Assembly (NCBI GenBank): GCA_017942005.1
Contig: JAGAVJ010000021.1
Coordinates: 102,676 to 166,675 of the forward strand
Reading direction: 5' to 3'
Origin: Clostridia bacterium
GTDB taxonomy: Bacteria; Bacillota; Clostridia; Oscillospirales; CAG-272
Length of the DNA: 64,000 bases
The position numbers and the translations under genes were made by a program. Positions 8,170-18,941 of this stretch are shown here, piece after piece. The notes beneath the pieces were generated by a model that was given only the letters and a program-made list of their open reading frames with translations, was not told the origin of the DNA and searched no databases. How positions within the stretch are numbered: position 1 is the first letter of the stretch; each line of letters starts with the position of its first letter.

Positions 8170-9580
8170 ACTGAAACACAATCCCTTTCTTCATACAGCG
8201 GTGATATTGGTTGTCCTTTTTGTCATTCTGATTATGTTCGCAATCGGTATGTTTTACTATGTCTTTGCAATTCCAGAGCCAGAAGGATTCAGTCTTGCTT
8301 CATGGCCGAATACCTTTACCGACAATTTTTCTGAATGGATAGAAGAAAAAAACGGGAGTATCGGTGTAAAAGAAATCGGCATAGAACGGTTGGATAAATA
8401 CGGCTTGTGGGTACAGATTGTTGACGAAAACGGACAAGAACGATTTGCGCACAACAAGCCTGCTTACTATCCGGACAGTTACAGCATGGCAGAGATGATC
8501 TCCCTTGCTGAAAGCAGATATGAAAACGGATATACCGTTTTTATCAATACTGTTACGCTTTCGGATAGGACACTCAACTATGTGATTGGCTTTCCTTATG
8601 CTGTTGGAAAGTATATGCTGTATTATAACGGTGAAAATGTGGCGCGGTTGTCACCATTCACAAAAACCGTGGTGTTTTTGTCTGCCGCTGTTTTGGTTTT
8701 TTGCGCCTTTGCGTATACATTTTGGCTTTCCCGAAAGCTGTCAACTGTGATCGGTGGTATTAGAAACATCATGCAAAACAATTACAAGCCTTTAAAGGAA
8801 GCAGGGATCTTCGGGGAAACATACAACTCGCTGAATAAAATGAATATGGAAATCCGGCGCAGTGAGAAGGTACAACAGGAAACCGACCGTACCAGAAAGG
8901 AATGGATAACAAATATTACCCATGACTTGAAAACCCCTCTTTCGCCGATAAAAGGATATGCGGAGCTTCTTTCCACAGGAAGCAGTCTTGATTTACAGAC
9001 GGTGCAGGACTGGGGGAAACTGATTTTGAAGAATGCAGATTACATGGAAACGCTGATGAACGATTTAAAACTGACATATCAGCTCGAAGCTGGAGCAATC
9101 CCCTATACTCCACAGGAAATACGGATCGTTCGTTTCCTGAAAGAGTTGGTAATCGATATCATAAACGATCCTGCTTTTTCAAAGCGGACGATAGCGTTTG
9201 AAAGTGGTATGTCGGAGCTGATAGCTGTAGTTGACCCCGATCTTCTGCGCCGCGCTGTCGGGAATATCGTTATCAACGCCCTTGTGCATAATCCCCCTGA
9301 TACCAAAGTTAAAATAACGGTTAACAAAACCCCGGATAACTGCCTGTCTATTTCCATTTGCGATAATGGAAGCGGCATGGACGAAACAGAACTGTCCGAC
9401 TTGTGGAACCGTTATTACAGAGGAACGAACACCAAAGAACGGTCAGAAGGCAGCGGACTTGGGCTTGCCATTGCAAAGCAGATTGTCACGCTTCATGGCG
9501 GCGAAATTGCCGTCAAGAGCAGTCCCGGTGTGGGGACGAAATTTATAATCCTGCTTCCGCTTGGGGCTGCTGCAAATTAA
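8159..9580 (+). CDS. Sensor histidine kinase
   Basis: Two TM segments, THDLKTPL H-box, NALVHN, DNGSG, GSGLGL. Confidence 0.95.
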   Translation: MKHKLKHNPFLHTAVILVVLFVILIMFAIGMFYYVFAIPEPEGFSLASWPNTFTDNFSEWIEEKNGSIGVKEIGIERLDKYGLWVQIVDENGQERFAHNKPAYYPDSYSMAEMISLAESRYENGYTVFINTVTLSDRTLNYVIGFPYAVGKYMLYYNGENVARLSPFTKTVVFLSAAVLVFCAFAYTFWLSRKLSTVIGGIRNIMQNNYKPLKEAGIFGETYNSLNKMNMEIRRSEKVQQETDRTRKEWITNITHDLKTPLSPIKGYAELLSTGSSLDLQTVQDWGKLILKNADYMETLMNDLKLTYQLEAGAIPYTPQEIRIVRFLKELVIDIINDPAFSKRTIAFESGMSELIAVVDPDLLRRAVGNIVINALVHNPPDTKVKITVNKTPDNCLSISICDNGSGMDETELSDLWNRYYRGTNTKERSEGSGLGLAIAKQIVTLHGGEIAVKSSPGVGTKFIILLPLGAAAN

Positions 9581-9630
9581 GATGAAATTAAGATACGCAA
9601 AAGCAACACATAAGATAGGTGGTCTATACT
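9577..9630 (+). promoter_or_regulatory. Probable response-regulator direct-repeat site and -10 for the ABC operon
   Basis: TTAAGAT at 9577 and 9588, ATAAGAT at 9610 (11 and 22 bp phasing); TATACT at 9625-9630; no consensus -35. Confidence 0.65.
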
Positions 9631-9692
9631 AATAAGCATAGGCCGCCTACCTTTTTTTGTGTGCCTATGATTAAAACAAGGAGGATTTTGTT

Positions 9693-10598
9693 ATGGAATT
9701 ACAACTACAGCATTTAAGCAAACACTATGGTACCAAATACGCGGTTCATGATGTTAGTACCACGCTTTCGCCCGGCGTGTATGGTCTGCTTGGTGCAAAC
9801 GGTGCGGGAAAGACGACGTTAATGCGTATGCTCTGCGGCGTTTTAGCGCCCACTTTTGGCAGGATTTGTTTGGATGGGCAGAGCATTGAGAAATTGGGGG
9901 AAGATTATTACGCCCATTTGGGCTATATGCCGCAGGACTTTGGCTTTTACCCCGACTTTACTGCACGCGAATTTATGCGATATATGGCGGCGGTGAAGGG
10001 GCTTGACAAAAAAGAAGTAAAAGACCGTACAGAGGAATTATTAAAATTGGTGAATCTGCATCATGTAGCAGACAAAAAAATCAAATTCTTTTCCGGCGGC
10101 ATGAAGCAGCGTTTAGGAATTGCTCAGGCAGAGCTGAACTCCCCTGACATTCTCATATTAGACGAGCCGACTGCCGGGCTCGACCCCAAAGAGCGTGTGC
10201 GCTTTCGCAATCTGATATCTGATTTTGCAAAGGAAAAAATTGTCATTCTGTCTACCCATATTGTATCGGATGTTTCCTATATCGCAGATACCATTTTGAT
10301 GATGAAAGACGGAACATTTCTGCTGCAAGAGCCTATGGCTGCTGTAACCGACTGTATCAGAGGCAAGGTATGGGAGCTTTTGGTGAGTGACCGGGAAGCC
10401 GCAGAATACAGCAGCCGCTTTTCCGTTGTTAATCTGCACCATGAAAATGGAAAAGTACGTTTGCGCATGATCCATGAAACAATTCCGGCAGCGGACGCTA
10501 TCACGGTCCAACCGAGTTTAGAAGATTTATTCTTATATTACTTTGGAGAAGAAGCCGGGACAGAAAGGAGCGAATCAGGTTATGTTAGTAAAATATGA
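9693..10598 (+). CDS. ABC transporter ATP-binding protein
   Basis: GANGAGKTT, SGGMKQR, ILDEPT, STH. Confidence 0.95.
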   Translation: MELQLQHLSKHYGTKYAVHDVSTTLSPGVYGLLGANGAGKTTLMRMLCGVLAPTFGRICLDGQSIEKLGEDYYAHLGYMPQDFGFYPDFTAREFMRYMAAVKGLDKKEVKDRTEELLKLVNLHHVADKKIKFFSGGMKQRLGIAQAELNSPDILILDEPTAGLDPKERVRFRNLISDFAKEKIVILSTHIVSDVSYIADTILMMKDGTFLLQEPMAAVTDCIRGKVWELLVSDREAAEYSSRFSVVNLHHENGKVRLRMIHETIPAADAITVQPSLEDLFLYYFGEEAGTERSESGYVSKI

Positions 10599-11811
10599 AT
10601 TTTTGAAGATACTCCGAAAAAAATCCACACGGATTGTCATGGCAGTCAGTCTGCTTGTAACGGCGTTTCTCTTTGGTCTGCCGATCCTGCAATTCCAGAC
10701 CTATCATCAGGAGGGGGTAATCAAAGGATTTGAAGGGATCAACTATGAAAAGGAACAGACAGCGAAGTATGCCGTCTCTCTGACAGATACGTACATCACC
10801 GAAGCAATCCGCGAGGTACAGCAGCTTTTTGACAATCCCGATTATGTGGGGTATGACGGTCACGAGCGTTTTTTAATCGAGAACGCCTATTGGGATAATA
10901 TTGCGCCAAAGGAAGCCCTATTGGGGATGATTGCCAAAAACTTTGCAAATCCAAACGAAAGCGTGGGGTATAATTCTCTGCCGGAATTGGACATTTCAGA
11001 GGGTGTAAACTTCTATCGGGCAAGACAGGAAAAAATCGAAAAACTGTTAAATGCTTCTTCTAATGGAATGTCCGAGAAACAAAAGACGTATTGGCAAAAC
11101 ATGAACAGCAAAGTTGATGAACCGTTTCAATATGGCTACTACAAAGGATGGGAGGTTATAATAAGCAGCTTTGAGCTGCTGACATTTGCACTTTTCGCTG
11201 TCTGCATCGTGATTGCCCCTGTCTTTTCCGGCGAGTATCAAGCCGGAACAGATGCGGTAATTCTATCGGCAAAATATGGAAAAACAAAGCTTACCACGGC
11301 TAAAATCATAGCTTCCTATCTGTTCGGGGTGTTAGCCTTTACGCTCCATGTCATCATAGCGCTTGGACTGCCTCTTGCAGCATTCGGCTTTGAGGGGTGG
11401 GATTTGCCGCTGCAAATTGCAAACACGACAATACCGTATCCGCTTACATTCCTGCAGGCTGCGCTTATCCAGTTAAGCGTGGTTTACCTTGTATTGTCCG
11501 CCCTGATTGGCTTGACGCTTCTGCTGTCAGCAAAAATGAAAAGTCCATATCTTGTGCTTACCGTGCTTGCGCCAGTTCTTTTTATTCCACTGTTTCTCTC
11601 ACCTAACGGGACAACAGGCGTATATAACTTAACTTTGTTTTTATTACCGTACCGAGCCACTGTGCCGGAGCTTGGAAACTATATCTCCTATCAGTTTGGC
11701 GGGATAGTCTTTGACGCATTTACCATGAGAGCCATTTTGTATGCGGTGCTTACGATGATTATGCTGCCAATTGCAAGAATTGGATTTAAGAAACATCAGG
11801 TATCAGCATAG
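10582..11811 (+). CDS. ABC-2 type permease (peptide-antibiotic resistance/export type)
   Basis: TM1, large extracellular loop, FSGEYQAG...SAKYGK motif, further TMs. SD GAAAGGAG. Confidence 0.85.
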   Translation: MLVKYEFLKILRKKSTRIVMAVSLLVTAFLFGLPILQFQTYHQEGVIKGFEGINYEKEQTAKYAVSLTDTYITEAIREVQQLFDNPDYVGYDGHERFLIENAYWDNIAPKEALLGMIAKNFANPNESVGYNSLPELDISEGVNFYRARQEKIEKLLNASSNGMSEKQKTYWQNMNSKVDEPFQYGYYKGWEVIISSFELLTFALFAVCIVIAPVFSGEYQAGTDAVILSAKYGKTKLTTAKIIASYLFGVLAFTLHVIIALGLPLAAFGFEGWDLPLQIANTTIPYPLTFLQAALIQLSVVYLVLSALIGLTLLLSAKMKSPYLVLTVLAPVLFIPLFLSPNGTTGVYNLTLFLLPYRATVPELGNYISYQFGGIVFDAFTMRAILYAVLTMIMLPIARIGFKKHQVSA

Positions 11812-11918
11812 GGAGGACAGGTTTGATGGTGGTCGAAGTTCCTTAGATACAAAAGGGAAACGCTAATACTACGCACTCCATGGATACCGCCGTGTGCGGC
11901 TTGTATTAGGAGATGGAA

Positions 11919-11959
11919 AAGGGGGCTGCTGCAAGTTGAAAACTTGCAACAGCCCCCTT
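11919..11959. repeat. GGGCTGYTGCA...TGCAACAGCCC palindrome (terminator-like; family member)
   Basis: Near-perfect inverted repeat between convergent genes; reverse-oriented relative at 36154-36186. Confidence 0.65.
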
Positions 11960-12112
11960 GATTTTTTGTATTACAATTGAATGCGGTTTTGGGCTTACAA
12001 AATCGTTTTGGCAGAATCAATCGGAAGCTTAACGTTTTGTTCCTTCCATATGTGAACGGAGAATGATATTGATATCAACAGAACAGGGATCTCTGTTTTG
12101 TTGCAGATACGT

Positions 12113-12832
12113 TTATTCCTCGCCGCAATACACCTTAATTGCTTCCATTACAAATGCAGCCGTACCATCACCACCAGCTTTATCAATGTTTTTTTGAAAA
12201 CGTTCATCACACACATACATCTGTCCTAATCCCTTTAAAATCTCGTTTGTACAGTTGTAGTAATTTTTCGTGATGAAGCTTTGCAGCGCGCGAATTTTCT
12301 CCTGCGCTTTGGCATCACGAGGGGACAGGTCACGAAGTGTTCCTATTTCTGCAAACAACGACATCAATTGATTTGCGATTTTGCTGTCGTCACAATTTCT
12401 TTTTTGTGTATATTCGTTGTATGCTTTGGTTTTACCCCATTTTTCTCTTACTTCTTCTTTATACTGTTCCATTTCATTTTTGTCAAAAACCTGAAAATTC
12501 ATGGATGTAACTCCTTTGGCTTGAATTTCACGGGCAAAGGAAATCAGTTCGCCGATGTGTTTATATTGTATTTCCAATAGTTTGATTTGCTGCGCCAATG
12601 CCTCCTCGGCATTAAATGCAGGATTATCAAGAATTGCTTTAATGTCTTTCAGCGGAAACTGCAATTCGCGAAACAACAAAATACTTTGCAATCGGACAAC
12701 GGCTGCATCGTCATACAGCCGATAGCCTGCATCGGTTACTTTTGTAGGTTTCAAAAGTCCAATTGCGTCATAGTGATGCAGTGTGCGCACACTTACACCT
12801 GTAACTTTGCTCATTTCATTGACGGTTCGCAT
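12113..12832 (-). CDS. MerR-family regulator with TipAS-like effector domain
   Basis: SVRTLHHYDAIGLL...GYRLY; C-terminal GLGQMYVCDERF. Confidence 0.92.
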   Translation of the reverse strand: MRTVNEMSKVTGVSVRTLHHYDAIGLLKPTKVTDAGYRLYDDAAVVRLQSILLFRELQFPLKDIKAILDNPAFNAEEALAQQIKLLEIQYKHIGELISFAREIQAKGVTSMNFQVFDKNEMEQYKEEVREKWGKTKAYNEYTQKRNCDDSKIANQLMSLFAEIGTLRDLSPRDAKAQEKIRALQSFITKNYYNCTNEILKGLGQMYVCDERFQKNIDKAGGDGTAAFVMEAIKVYCGEE

Positions 12833-12855
12833 ATGTATCCCTCCCGTGTGATTCT

Positions 12856-12886
12856 ATTATACACGATGACGTAACGTGAGAGTCAA
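12856..12886 (-). promoter_or_regulatory. MerR-type promoter with 19-bp spacer and operator dyad
   Basis: Minus strand TTGACT-N19-TATAAT; spacer contains the TCACGTTACGTCA imperfect palindrome. Confidence 0.85.
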
Positions 12887-13095
12887 TAGGTTTTCAAAAA
12901 ATTCACAAAAATTTTTATTTACGGCAGGAGATATCCAAAAAATAATTGGCGTTCATATGGCAGGAAAAGATGAGTACCACGGTTCTATTAACGATAGATT
13001 ATATATAAATCGTAGGTTATGCTAACCATACTGTCATACACCTCTCTATTTTGTAAATAGGGGAGATAGAAGCATCGTTACATGACACATAAAAA

Positions 13096-13542
13096 TTATA
13101 GTTTAAACAGTGGAGCATTCGGTTTATCGGTGATAGATTTACTGTAAAATCCGAGAAAATCTTTTTTCTCCCAACCGCGATTGATCCAAAATTGTTTTCC
13201 GGCTTCGTTTGATTCCATAACATTTAAGCAAACGCGCGTAATCCCTTCCTGTTTCAGTGCAAGGACGGCATGGTCTATTAGAGCGGTTGCGATACCGCGG
13301 TTTCTATAGTCGCTTTCTACAACCGTATGATATATGTATCCTCTGCGGCCGTCATTACCGCACAAAATTGCACCGACAATTTGATGATCATATACAGCAA
13401 CAAAATTTGTTGTAGGATTCCGTTTTAAAAACATAGAAATTCCTTCTTTGGAATCGTCAAGACTTCTCAATCCCATGTTTTCCGTATGGCTCCATAATGC
13501 AAAGACATCATCATAATCATGTAACGTCATAACACGAATCAT
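13096..13542 (-). CDS. GNAT acetyltransferase (YpeA-like)
   Basis: GNDGRRGYIYHTVV, YRNRGIATAL, N..G..FW...GW. Confidence 0.9.
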   Translation of the reverse strand: MIRVMTLHDYDDVFALWSHTENMGLRSLDDSKEGISMFLKRNPTTNFVAVYDHQIVGAILCGNDGRRGYIYHTVVESDYRNRGIATALIDHAVLALKQEGITRVCLNVMESNEAGKQFWINRGWEKKDFLGFYSKSITDKPNAPLFKL

Positions 13543-13680
13543 AAATCAATTTTCCTCGTTTCTAAATCACTTGATATATATCATTATATCACAAGATTAT
13601 GAATATTTCCGCTTTTTTCAAATGATATGAATAAAGAAGAGAAGGACATGGCAGTCAAAATGAATGCCGTGTCCGTTTGT

Positions 13681-15543
13681 TTATTTAATAGATAGGTTAC
13701 TATTTTTACACACTTTTTGATAGATGACCAATACATGATCGATATATGCGTATTGGATATATCCGTTTTCTTCCAATAATTTTACAAGTGCTGTATATTC
13801 CTGCTTCTTTTTCATTGCAGCCGCATGATTCTGATCATTGCCATCGGCAGGAATACTTAATACCACGTACTCGGTCTCCAATACATGTGCCTTGGAACAG
13901 TACTGTGCATCATACAAAATTTTTCGTTTTGATAGAGATGTGGTATAAAATGTTGATGCGGTGACGGACGCATCATCTGGGATGAGATGCAAGGTATCAC
14001 GAATATTTTGATAGTAATCATAATATTGAATTGCCCGCACTGGGTAGGAAATTCCTTTTGGGATGATGATCAAACCAAAACACAGCGCACTGACAGCTGC
14101 TGCCGCAGCTACAGCGATGATACGCATTCGGTTTCTTTGCATATCTGCCAAATTGATGACTGTCAGATAGAATAACAATGCCGCAGAACCAAAGGTATAT
14201 TGGAAAAAGATATCGTGCTGATAGACATAATCCGGCATCAGATTGACTAAAACGTAGGGAATGAGTAAAATATACCGTTCATACCGCCGTGTGAGCAAAG
14301 GCATGCCCAGCAGCGGAAGCAGTGTCATGCCGATGAAGGGAAACTTTTGCGCGTCAGCACATTCATAAAGAACCTTCATAGGGTGGAGTATGACCGCCTT
14401 TATGACCGTGAGCAGAGATGTGGATTCACCATACATAAAATTACGGTATCGGTATGTCATGACGCCATCGCCATGTTTTGTCAAATATGTGGTGACGGCG
14501 AGAAACCAGCCAATGGAAAGGAGTAATAGAATCATCGCGGTAATCAGTGTTCGTCTGTTTTTCTCCTTTGGTTTTAGGAGTGTTTTTACAATAAAATACA
14601 AAGCGATGACTGCCGTGTATACAGCGGCATCTTCTTTTACCGTAAGCGTGAGAAGCGCTGAGATTACGGTCAAAACGGAATTTTGGGAGTCAAAGCCGTA
14701 CAGCGTCCATAAAATCAACGGTGCGAGAAAACAGTTTTCATGAAAATCATAGCCTGTCCCGCCGGAATATGCCGGATAAAGTAACAGCATGGCAGCAATG
14801 CATGTCTGATATCCTCCGGATAAGCCGTGAAGCCTTGCAAGCTTTATAAGCGGGATTACCGCAGATACAAGTACCAGCGCCTGCAAGACTTGTAGTGCGG
14901 CAGGTGTGGGACACAGGATGTAGAAGGGAAGCAGCAGATAGTAAATTGGTGAAACATGGACCGCAAAGTGCGATAACAGTCCGTCCCGTTCTACAGTTGT
15001 CATGGGAACGCCGGATTCTTTCATGAAATAAAACATCTGTGAAAAGATGCCCATATCAAACGTAGGGGACTGAAAGCAGTAAATTCTGCCAACGGTCCAA
15101 GCGCTGACAAACAGCACAAACAGGACAGATAATATAAGAATGATTCGCGTGCGGCAGTACGCTGGTTGGGTTTGCGCTGCTTTATCGGTATTGTTCCATC
15201 CAAATATCCCATAGACAAGCAATAGAACAAAAATAAAAATGCAGACTGCGAGATAGGAAAGCGTAAATGAAGGAACGAGAGAAATTGCTGCAATCATCAT
15301 AAACACTGCTGCAATTCCAAGGCGTTCTGCCTTTTCTGTTTGGGTGAGATGCGAAACGGCAGAATATAGCAGGAAAAAACCGACGGTTAGCAGAATCATG
15401 TAAATTGGCGACAGCTGTTCCAGACCATCCAGATCACAAAGATTGCGCAGTGCATTTGGGAGCAGCAAATACAGTACCAAAACAGAAGATAACCATGAAA
15501 GAAGAATACGCCGTATCCAGTGCGGAAATTGATATTGTGTCAT
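13681..15543 (-). CDS. DUF2079-like polytopic membrane protein (GT-C-like)
   Basis: FDMGIFSQM, SHFAVHVSP, YDFHENCF, VKEDAA motifs; many TMs. Confidence 0.75.
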   Translation of the reverse strand: MTQYQFPHWIRRILLSWLSSVLVLYLLLPNALRNLCDLDGLEQLSPIYMILLTVGFFLLYSAVSHLTQTEKAERLGIAAVFMMIAAISLVPSFTLSYLAVCIFIFVLLLVYGIFGWNNTDKAAQTQPAYCRTRIILILSVLFVLFVSAWTVGRIYCFQSPTFDMGIFSQMFYFMKESGVPMTTVERDGLLSHFAVHVSPIYYLLLPFYILCPTPAALQVLQALVLVSAVIPLIKLARLHGLSGGYQTCIAAMLLLYPAYSGGTGYDFHENCFLAPLILWTLYGFDSQNSVLTVISALLTLTVKEDAAVYTAVIALYFIVKTLLKPKEKNRRTLITAMILLLLSIGWFLAVTTYLTKHGDGVMTYRYRNFMYGESTSLLTVIKAVILHPMKVLYECADAQKFPFIGMTLLPLLGMPLLTRRYERYILLIPYVLVNLMPDYVYQHDIFFQYTFGSAALLFYLTVINLADMQRNRMRIIAVAAAAAVSALCFGLIIIPKGISYPVRAIQYYDYYQNIRDTLHLIPDDASVTASTFYTTSLSKRKILYDAQYCSKAHVLETEYVVLSIPADGNDQNHAAAMKKKQEYTALVKLLEENGYIQYAYIDHVLVIYQKVCKNSNLSIK

Positions 15544-15605
15544 AAGAACACCCCCTGTAGCTTTTATTATACAGGGGGTGTCTTTCGCAAAAGCTGATAT
15601 ATTTC

Positions 15606-17231
15606 TTAAAAATTTCTTTCAGTTTTCGGCAATGTGACAATTGCATTGAATTGATCGCCGTCTATCGAAACTGTAAAGATTCCGCCGACCGATTCGGTAT
15701 AGGTTTGTGCAATTGCCAGACCCAGTCCGCTTCCTTTGGTAGATCGCGACGAATCGCCGCGTGCAAAGCGCTGGATGATTTCATCCGGTTGAAAGTCCAT
15801 TTCATAGGAAGCCGTATTCGTCATGCGAACCAGATAGGCGCGCGCTTCTTCTTTTACTTCCAGATAAATACGGGTACCCGTCAATGCATATTTGATTGCA
15901 TTACCTAATAAATTGGCAAACACCTGATACATTCTGCTGCCGTCTGTGACGATTGGAATGGCATTTCTGGGGTAATTTCGCTTGACCGTCAAACCGGCAT
16001 TGACCAGCTGATCATCCATAAGACCAATCGTTTGCTCCAACAGCCGTATCAAATCCAGCGCTTCTTTTTTGCATGGTACGGCGCCGCTGGAAACCTTTGT
16101 CATTTCAAACAGGGATTCTACCAGATCGTTCATATAATCGGCTTTTTGATATAATTTGCAAAGCTGTTCCTGCCCTTTGGGCGACAGGGTTTCCTTTTGA
16201 AGCAGTTCGCTGTAACCCAAAATAGCGGTCAGCGGTGTACGCAAATCATGGGAAACATTGGAGATCAACTCTACCTTGAACCGTTCGCTTGTGACAGCAG
16301 TTTGGATTGCCTCTGCATACTGTGCCTGTATCGCTGCAAGCTGTGCTTCTGTCTGTGAAAAGGCGCCGTTTCCGACGGTGATTGGCAATCCTTGCTGATA
16401 CAAATCCAACTGCTGTTTGAAATGGTTTAAATCTGCACCATATCTAAAAATGCAGCAGCAGCTTAAGACAAACAGGGTCAGATATGCTGTTATCGGAAGG
16501 AAAAGAACCTGACCGCCTTTGATGCTTTCAAGCAGCCAATACAGTCCGCCTGCCGATGCCAGCAGAACCCACCCGACGGAACACAAAAGTGCTGTCTGCG
16601 GTTTTGCAAGGCGTTTGATCAGCCGATATAGAAAACACCAGGAGAGGGAAGCTTTCGCATAGATCCATCCGATGACTTCACGGATGAGAATCAGAACCGC
16701 AAAGCAGAAGACTGCGTTTGTAAGGAGTGTCAGGACGATATCGGTGGGGTTTAAAAGGACATAGTCCGTTTCTGCTGTGTTTTCATAGAGGGGGACCAAA
16801 ATACCGATGATCAGACAAATACCGTCCGGACCTGTCAGCGGTGTTTTCCGCCGGAAGACAAAAACAGCCGCAGCAGATGTAATGACTGAGATAATACACA
16901 AAAGGATACCAAGCGCCCTTGCAACACGGTAGTCTAAGTTGATGCCGTGATGTTCTGGTGTTCCTCGCAGGGTATCGTTATTGTACAGGACCTCCTCTGA
17001 ACTATCATCGAAACTTGAAAAATCCATATCAAAGTATGTCATTTCGACTGCGGTGGAATCAATGGAAGTCTCCGTATCGTCTACAGATGTAGTATCGGTT
17101 TGTGTCGGTCGGAAAAAGAGCGGAAACGTTTCCATTTGATAGAACATCGCCTGTCCCAATACCCAGCTTATGGCGGAAGCAAGGAGCAGCAGCCATGCCG
17201 TTTTTTCACGGTTCTTTGAAAACATAGCCAA
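15606..17231 (-). CDS. Membrane sensor histidine kinase
   Basis: SHDLRTPL, NAIKY, GSGLGLAI; multi-TM N-terminus. Confidence 0.92.
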   Translation of the reverse strand: MAMFSKNREKTAWLLLLASAISWVLGQAMFYQMETFPLFFRPTQTDTTSVDDTETSIDSTAVEMTYFDMDFSSFDDSSEEVLYNNDTLRGTPEHHGINLDYRVARALGILLCIISVITSAAAVFVFRRKTPLTGPDGICLIIGILVPLYENTAETDYVLLNPTDIVLTLLTNAVFCFAVLILIREVIGWIYAKASLSWCFLYRLIKRLAKPQTALLCSVGWVLLASAGGLYWLLESIKGGQVLFLPITAYLTLFVLSCCCIFRYGADLNHFKQQLDLYQQGLPITVGNGAFSQTEAQLAAIQAQYAEAIQTAVTSERFKVELISNVSHDLRTPLTAILGYSELLQKETLSPKGQEQLCKLYQKADYMNDLVESLFEMTKVSSGAVPCKKEALDLIRLLEQTIGLMDDQLVNAGLTVKRNYPRNAIPIVTDGSRMYQVFANLLGNAIKYALTGTRIYLEVKEEARAYLVRMTNTASYEMDFQPDEIIQRFARGDSSRSTKGSGLGLAIAQTYTESVGGIFTVSIDGDQFNAIVTLPKTERNF

Positions 17232-17910
17232 TCCCCCATACGACTTTCAGGTATTCCGGTTTCTTTGGATTTAATTCCAGCTTGCCCCGGATGCGATTGA
17301 TATGAATCATTACGGTATTTTCAACGGCGTATGCGTCGCTTCTCCAGACCCTTTCATATAATTCTTCGGCAGAAAAAACACGTCCCGGATTGGACATCAT
17401 CACATGCAGAATCTTAAATTCTGTTGCAGTCAGCCGGACTGCCGCTCCGCGAACAATCAATTGTTTTGTATCGATGTTCAGAATGATATCGCCGATTTGA
17501 ATCTGTTCTTCAGATTTTGCTTCCCGGATGGAACCCAGCGTATCATAGCGGCGAAGCAGTGCTTTGACTCTGGCAAGCAGCTCTTGCTGATAAAAGGGCT
17601 TTACAAGGTAATCGTCTGCGCCGGCTTCCAGTCCGATTACTCTGTCTGAGCCTTCTGCCTTTGCAGACAGGATCAGAATCGGTATGTTGTAGTCTTTGCG
17701 AATACGCATGGTAGAAAGAATTCCGTTGCATTTCGGCATCATGATATCCATGATGATCAGATGCGGATGTTTGGTATTCACAATATCACAGGCTTCCTCG
17801 CCGTCATGTGCAGTATACACGCGATATCCTTCTGCTTTCAATACGGTTTCGATGATATTGACAATGGAATCGTCATCATCTGCAACAAGAATTTGATAGG
17901 TATCAGCCAT
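17206..17910 (-). CDS. OmpR-family response regulator
   Basis: VADDD, MDIMMP, GADDYLVKPF; SD AAGGAG before MADTY. Confidence 0.95.
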   Translation of the reverse strand: MADTYQILVADDDDSIVNIIETVLKAEGYRVYTAHDGEEACDIVNTKHPHLIIMDIMMPKCNGILSTMRIRKDYNIPILILSAKAEGSDRVIGLEAGADDYLVKPFYQQELLARVKALLRRYDTLGSIREAKSEEQIQIGDIILNIDTKQLIVRGAAVRLTATEFKILHVMMSNPGRVFSAEELYERVWRSDAYAVENTVMIHINRIRGKLELNPKKPEYLKVVWGIGYVFKEP

Positions 17911-17981
17911 AAAACGAAGCTCCTTTTCAAGAAACAGGATTGCCGCTGCCATATCGATGGCACTGACGGCAATCCCATACA

Positions 17982-18431
17982 TCAATTTTTTTGGACATGC
18001 GCCTGCGCTGCCAATGCACGGCGGCAGGGCTCACAGGTGCCGTACAATACGGTCTTTGCATAATCCACAGTGAAATTGTGCTGCTTTCCAAGATGTGCGG
18101 CAAGCGCTTCCAGCTGGGCGCAGTCGACATGATACAGCGTGCCGCAGACAAGGCACTTTAAATGAAAATGAGTACGGCAGATTTCTGCATCTCCGTCAAT
18201 GTATTGATAACAGGCGCCTTCTCCCTGTGACAGCTGGAACCGACGAATAATTCCCGCCTCACAGAGCGTGTCCAATGCACGGTAAATGGTGGATCTGCCA
18301 ATGGAGGTACCTTCTGCCCGGAGCGCGTCGGTCAGCTCTTCGGCGGTCAGATGCACAGACGGATGCCGCTGGAAGTAGGAAAGCACGGCAGCGCGCTGTT
18401 TGGTGTGATAATTATTTCCGTTTGTACGCAT
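17982..18431 (-). CDS. Fur-family (Zur/PerR-like) regulator
   Basis: HLTAEEL, STIYRAL, HFHLKCLVCG, YGTCEPC. Confidence 0.92.
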   Translation of the reverse strand: MRTNGNNYHTKQRAAVLSYFQRHPSVHLTAEELTDALRAEGTSIGRSTIYRALDTLCEAGIIRRFQLSQGEGACYQYIDGDAEICRTHFHLKCLVCGTLYHVDCAQLEALAAHLGKQHNFTVDYAKTVLYGTCEPCRRALAAQAHVQKN

Positions 18432-18433
18432 TT

Positions 18434-18922
18434 TTATGGTGTTGTCTCAATGTCAAGCACAAGAAACTGTGTTTCCAGATTGCGGGAACGGACAAGAATG
18501 TTGGAACCGGCTCCAATATAGGTGCTTCCGTCAATCATAAATCCGTTTGAAGAAAGGTAGCCTTCCAGTTCCAGTTTACAGACAACATCGACACGGTCTT
18601 CGTAATGCGATACGGTAATGGTGCCGTCATGGTTGACAAACCGGATTTTTGCAGGGGACGCCTGATATGAAATCAGCTTTCCGACGGTATTTCCCGTTTT
18701 TTGATAGTAAAACATATCGCCTTCCTGCAAAAAATCCAGGTAATCGGTACGAAGACCGTCGATTTTTACCGTGATGTAAGCGGTATCGCTGCCGTGAAGC
18801 AGGGAAGTGCCCAGGTTATAACGAATGGCAATGCCGATGATGCATGCTAAAATTGTAATGATAATGACAAAGTCTATGATATTGAAGTGATGCTTTTTGG
18901 TTTGCATTTGTGTTTGATTCAT
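18434..18922 (-). CDS. DUF4330-like membrane-anchored protein
   Basis: FNIIDFVII N-terminal TM followed by a beta-rich domain; paralogue of the adjacent gene. Confidence 0.65.
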   Translation of the reverse strand: MNQTQMQTKKHHFNIIDFVIIITILACIIGIAIRYNLGTSLLHGSDTAYITVKIDGLRTDYLDFLQEGDMFYYQKTGNTVGKLISYQASPAKIRFVNHDGTITVSHYEDRVDVVCKLELEGYLSSNGFMIDGSTYIGAGSNILVRSRNLETQFLVLDIETTP

Positions 18923-18941
18923 GTCCTGTGCGCTCCTTTCT

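Noticed and set aside
7453-11811. TCS-ABC module as exporter or immunity for the RiPP-like peptides
   Set aside because: Separated by a terminator, a resolvase and repeats; it is a common stand-alone resistance-type module with its own regulator sites. A link is not supported, though not excluded.
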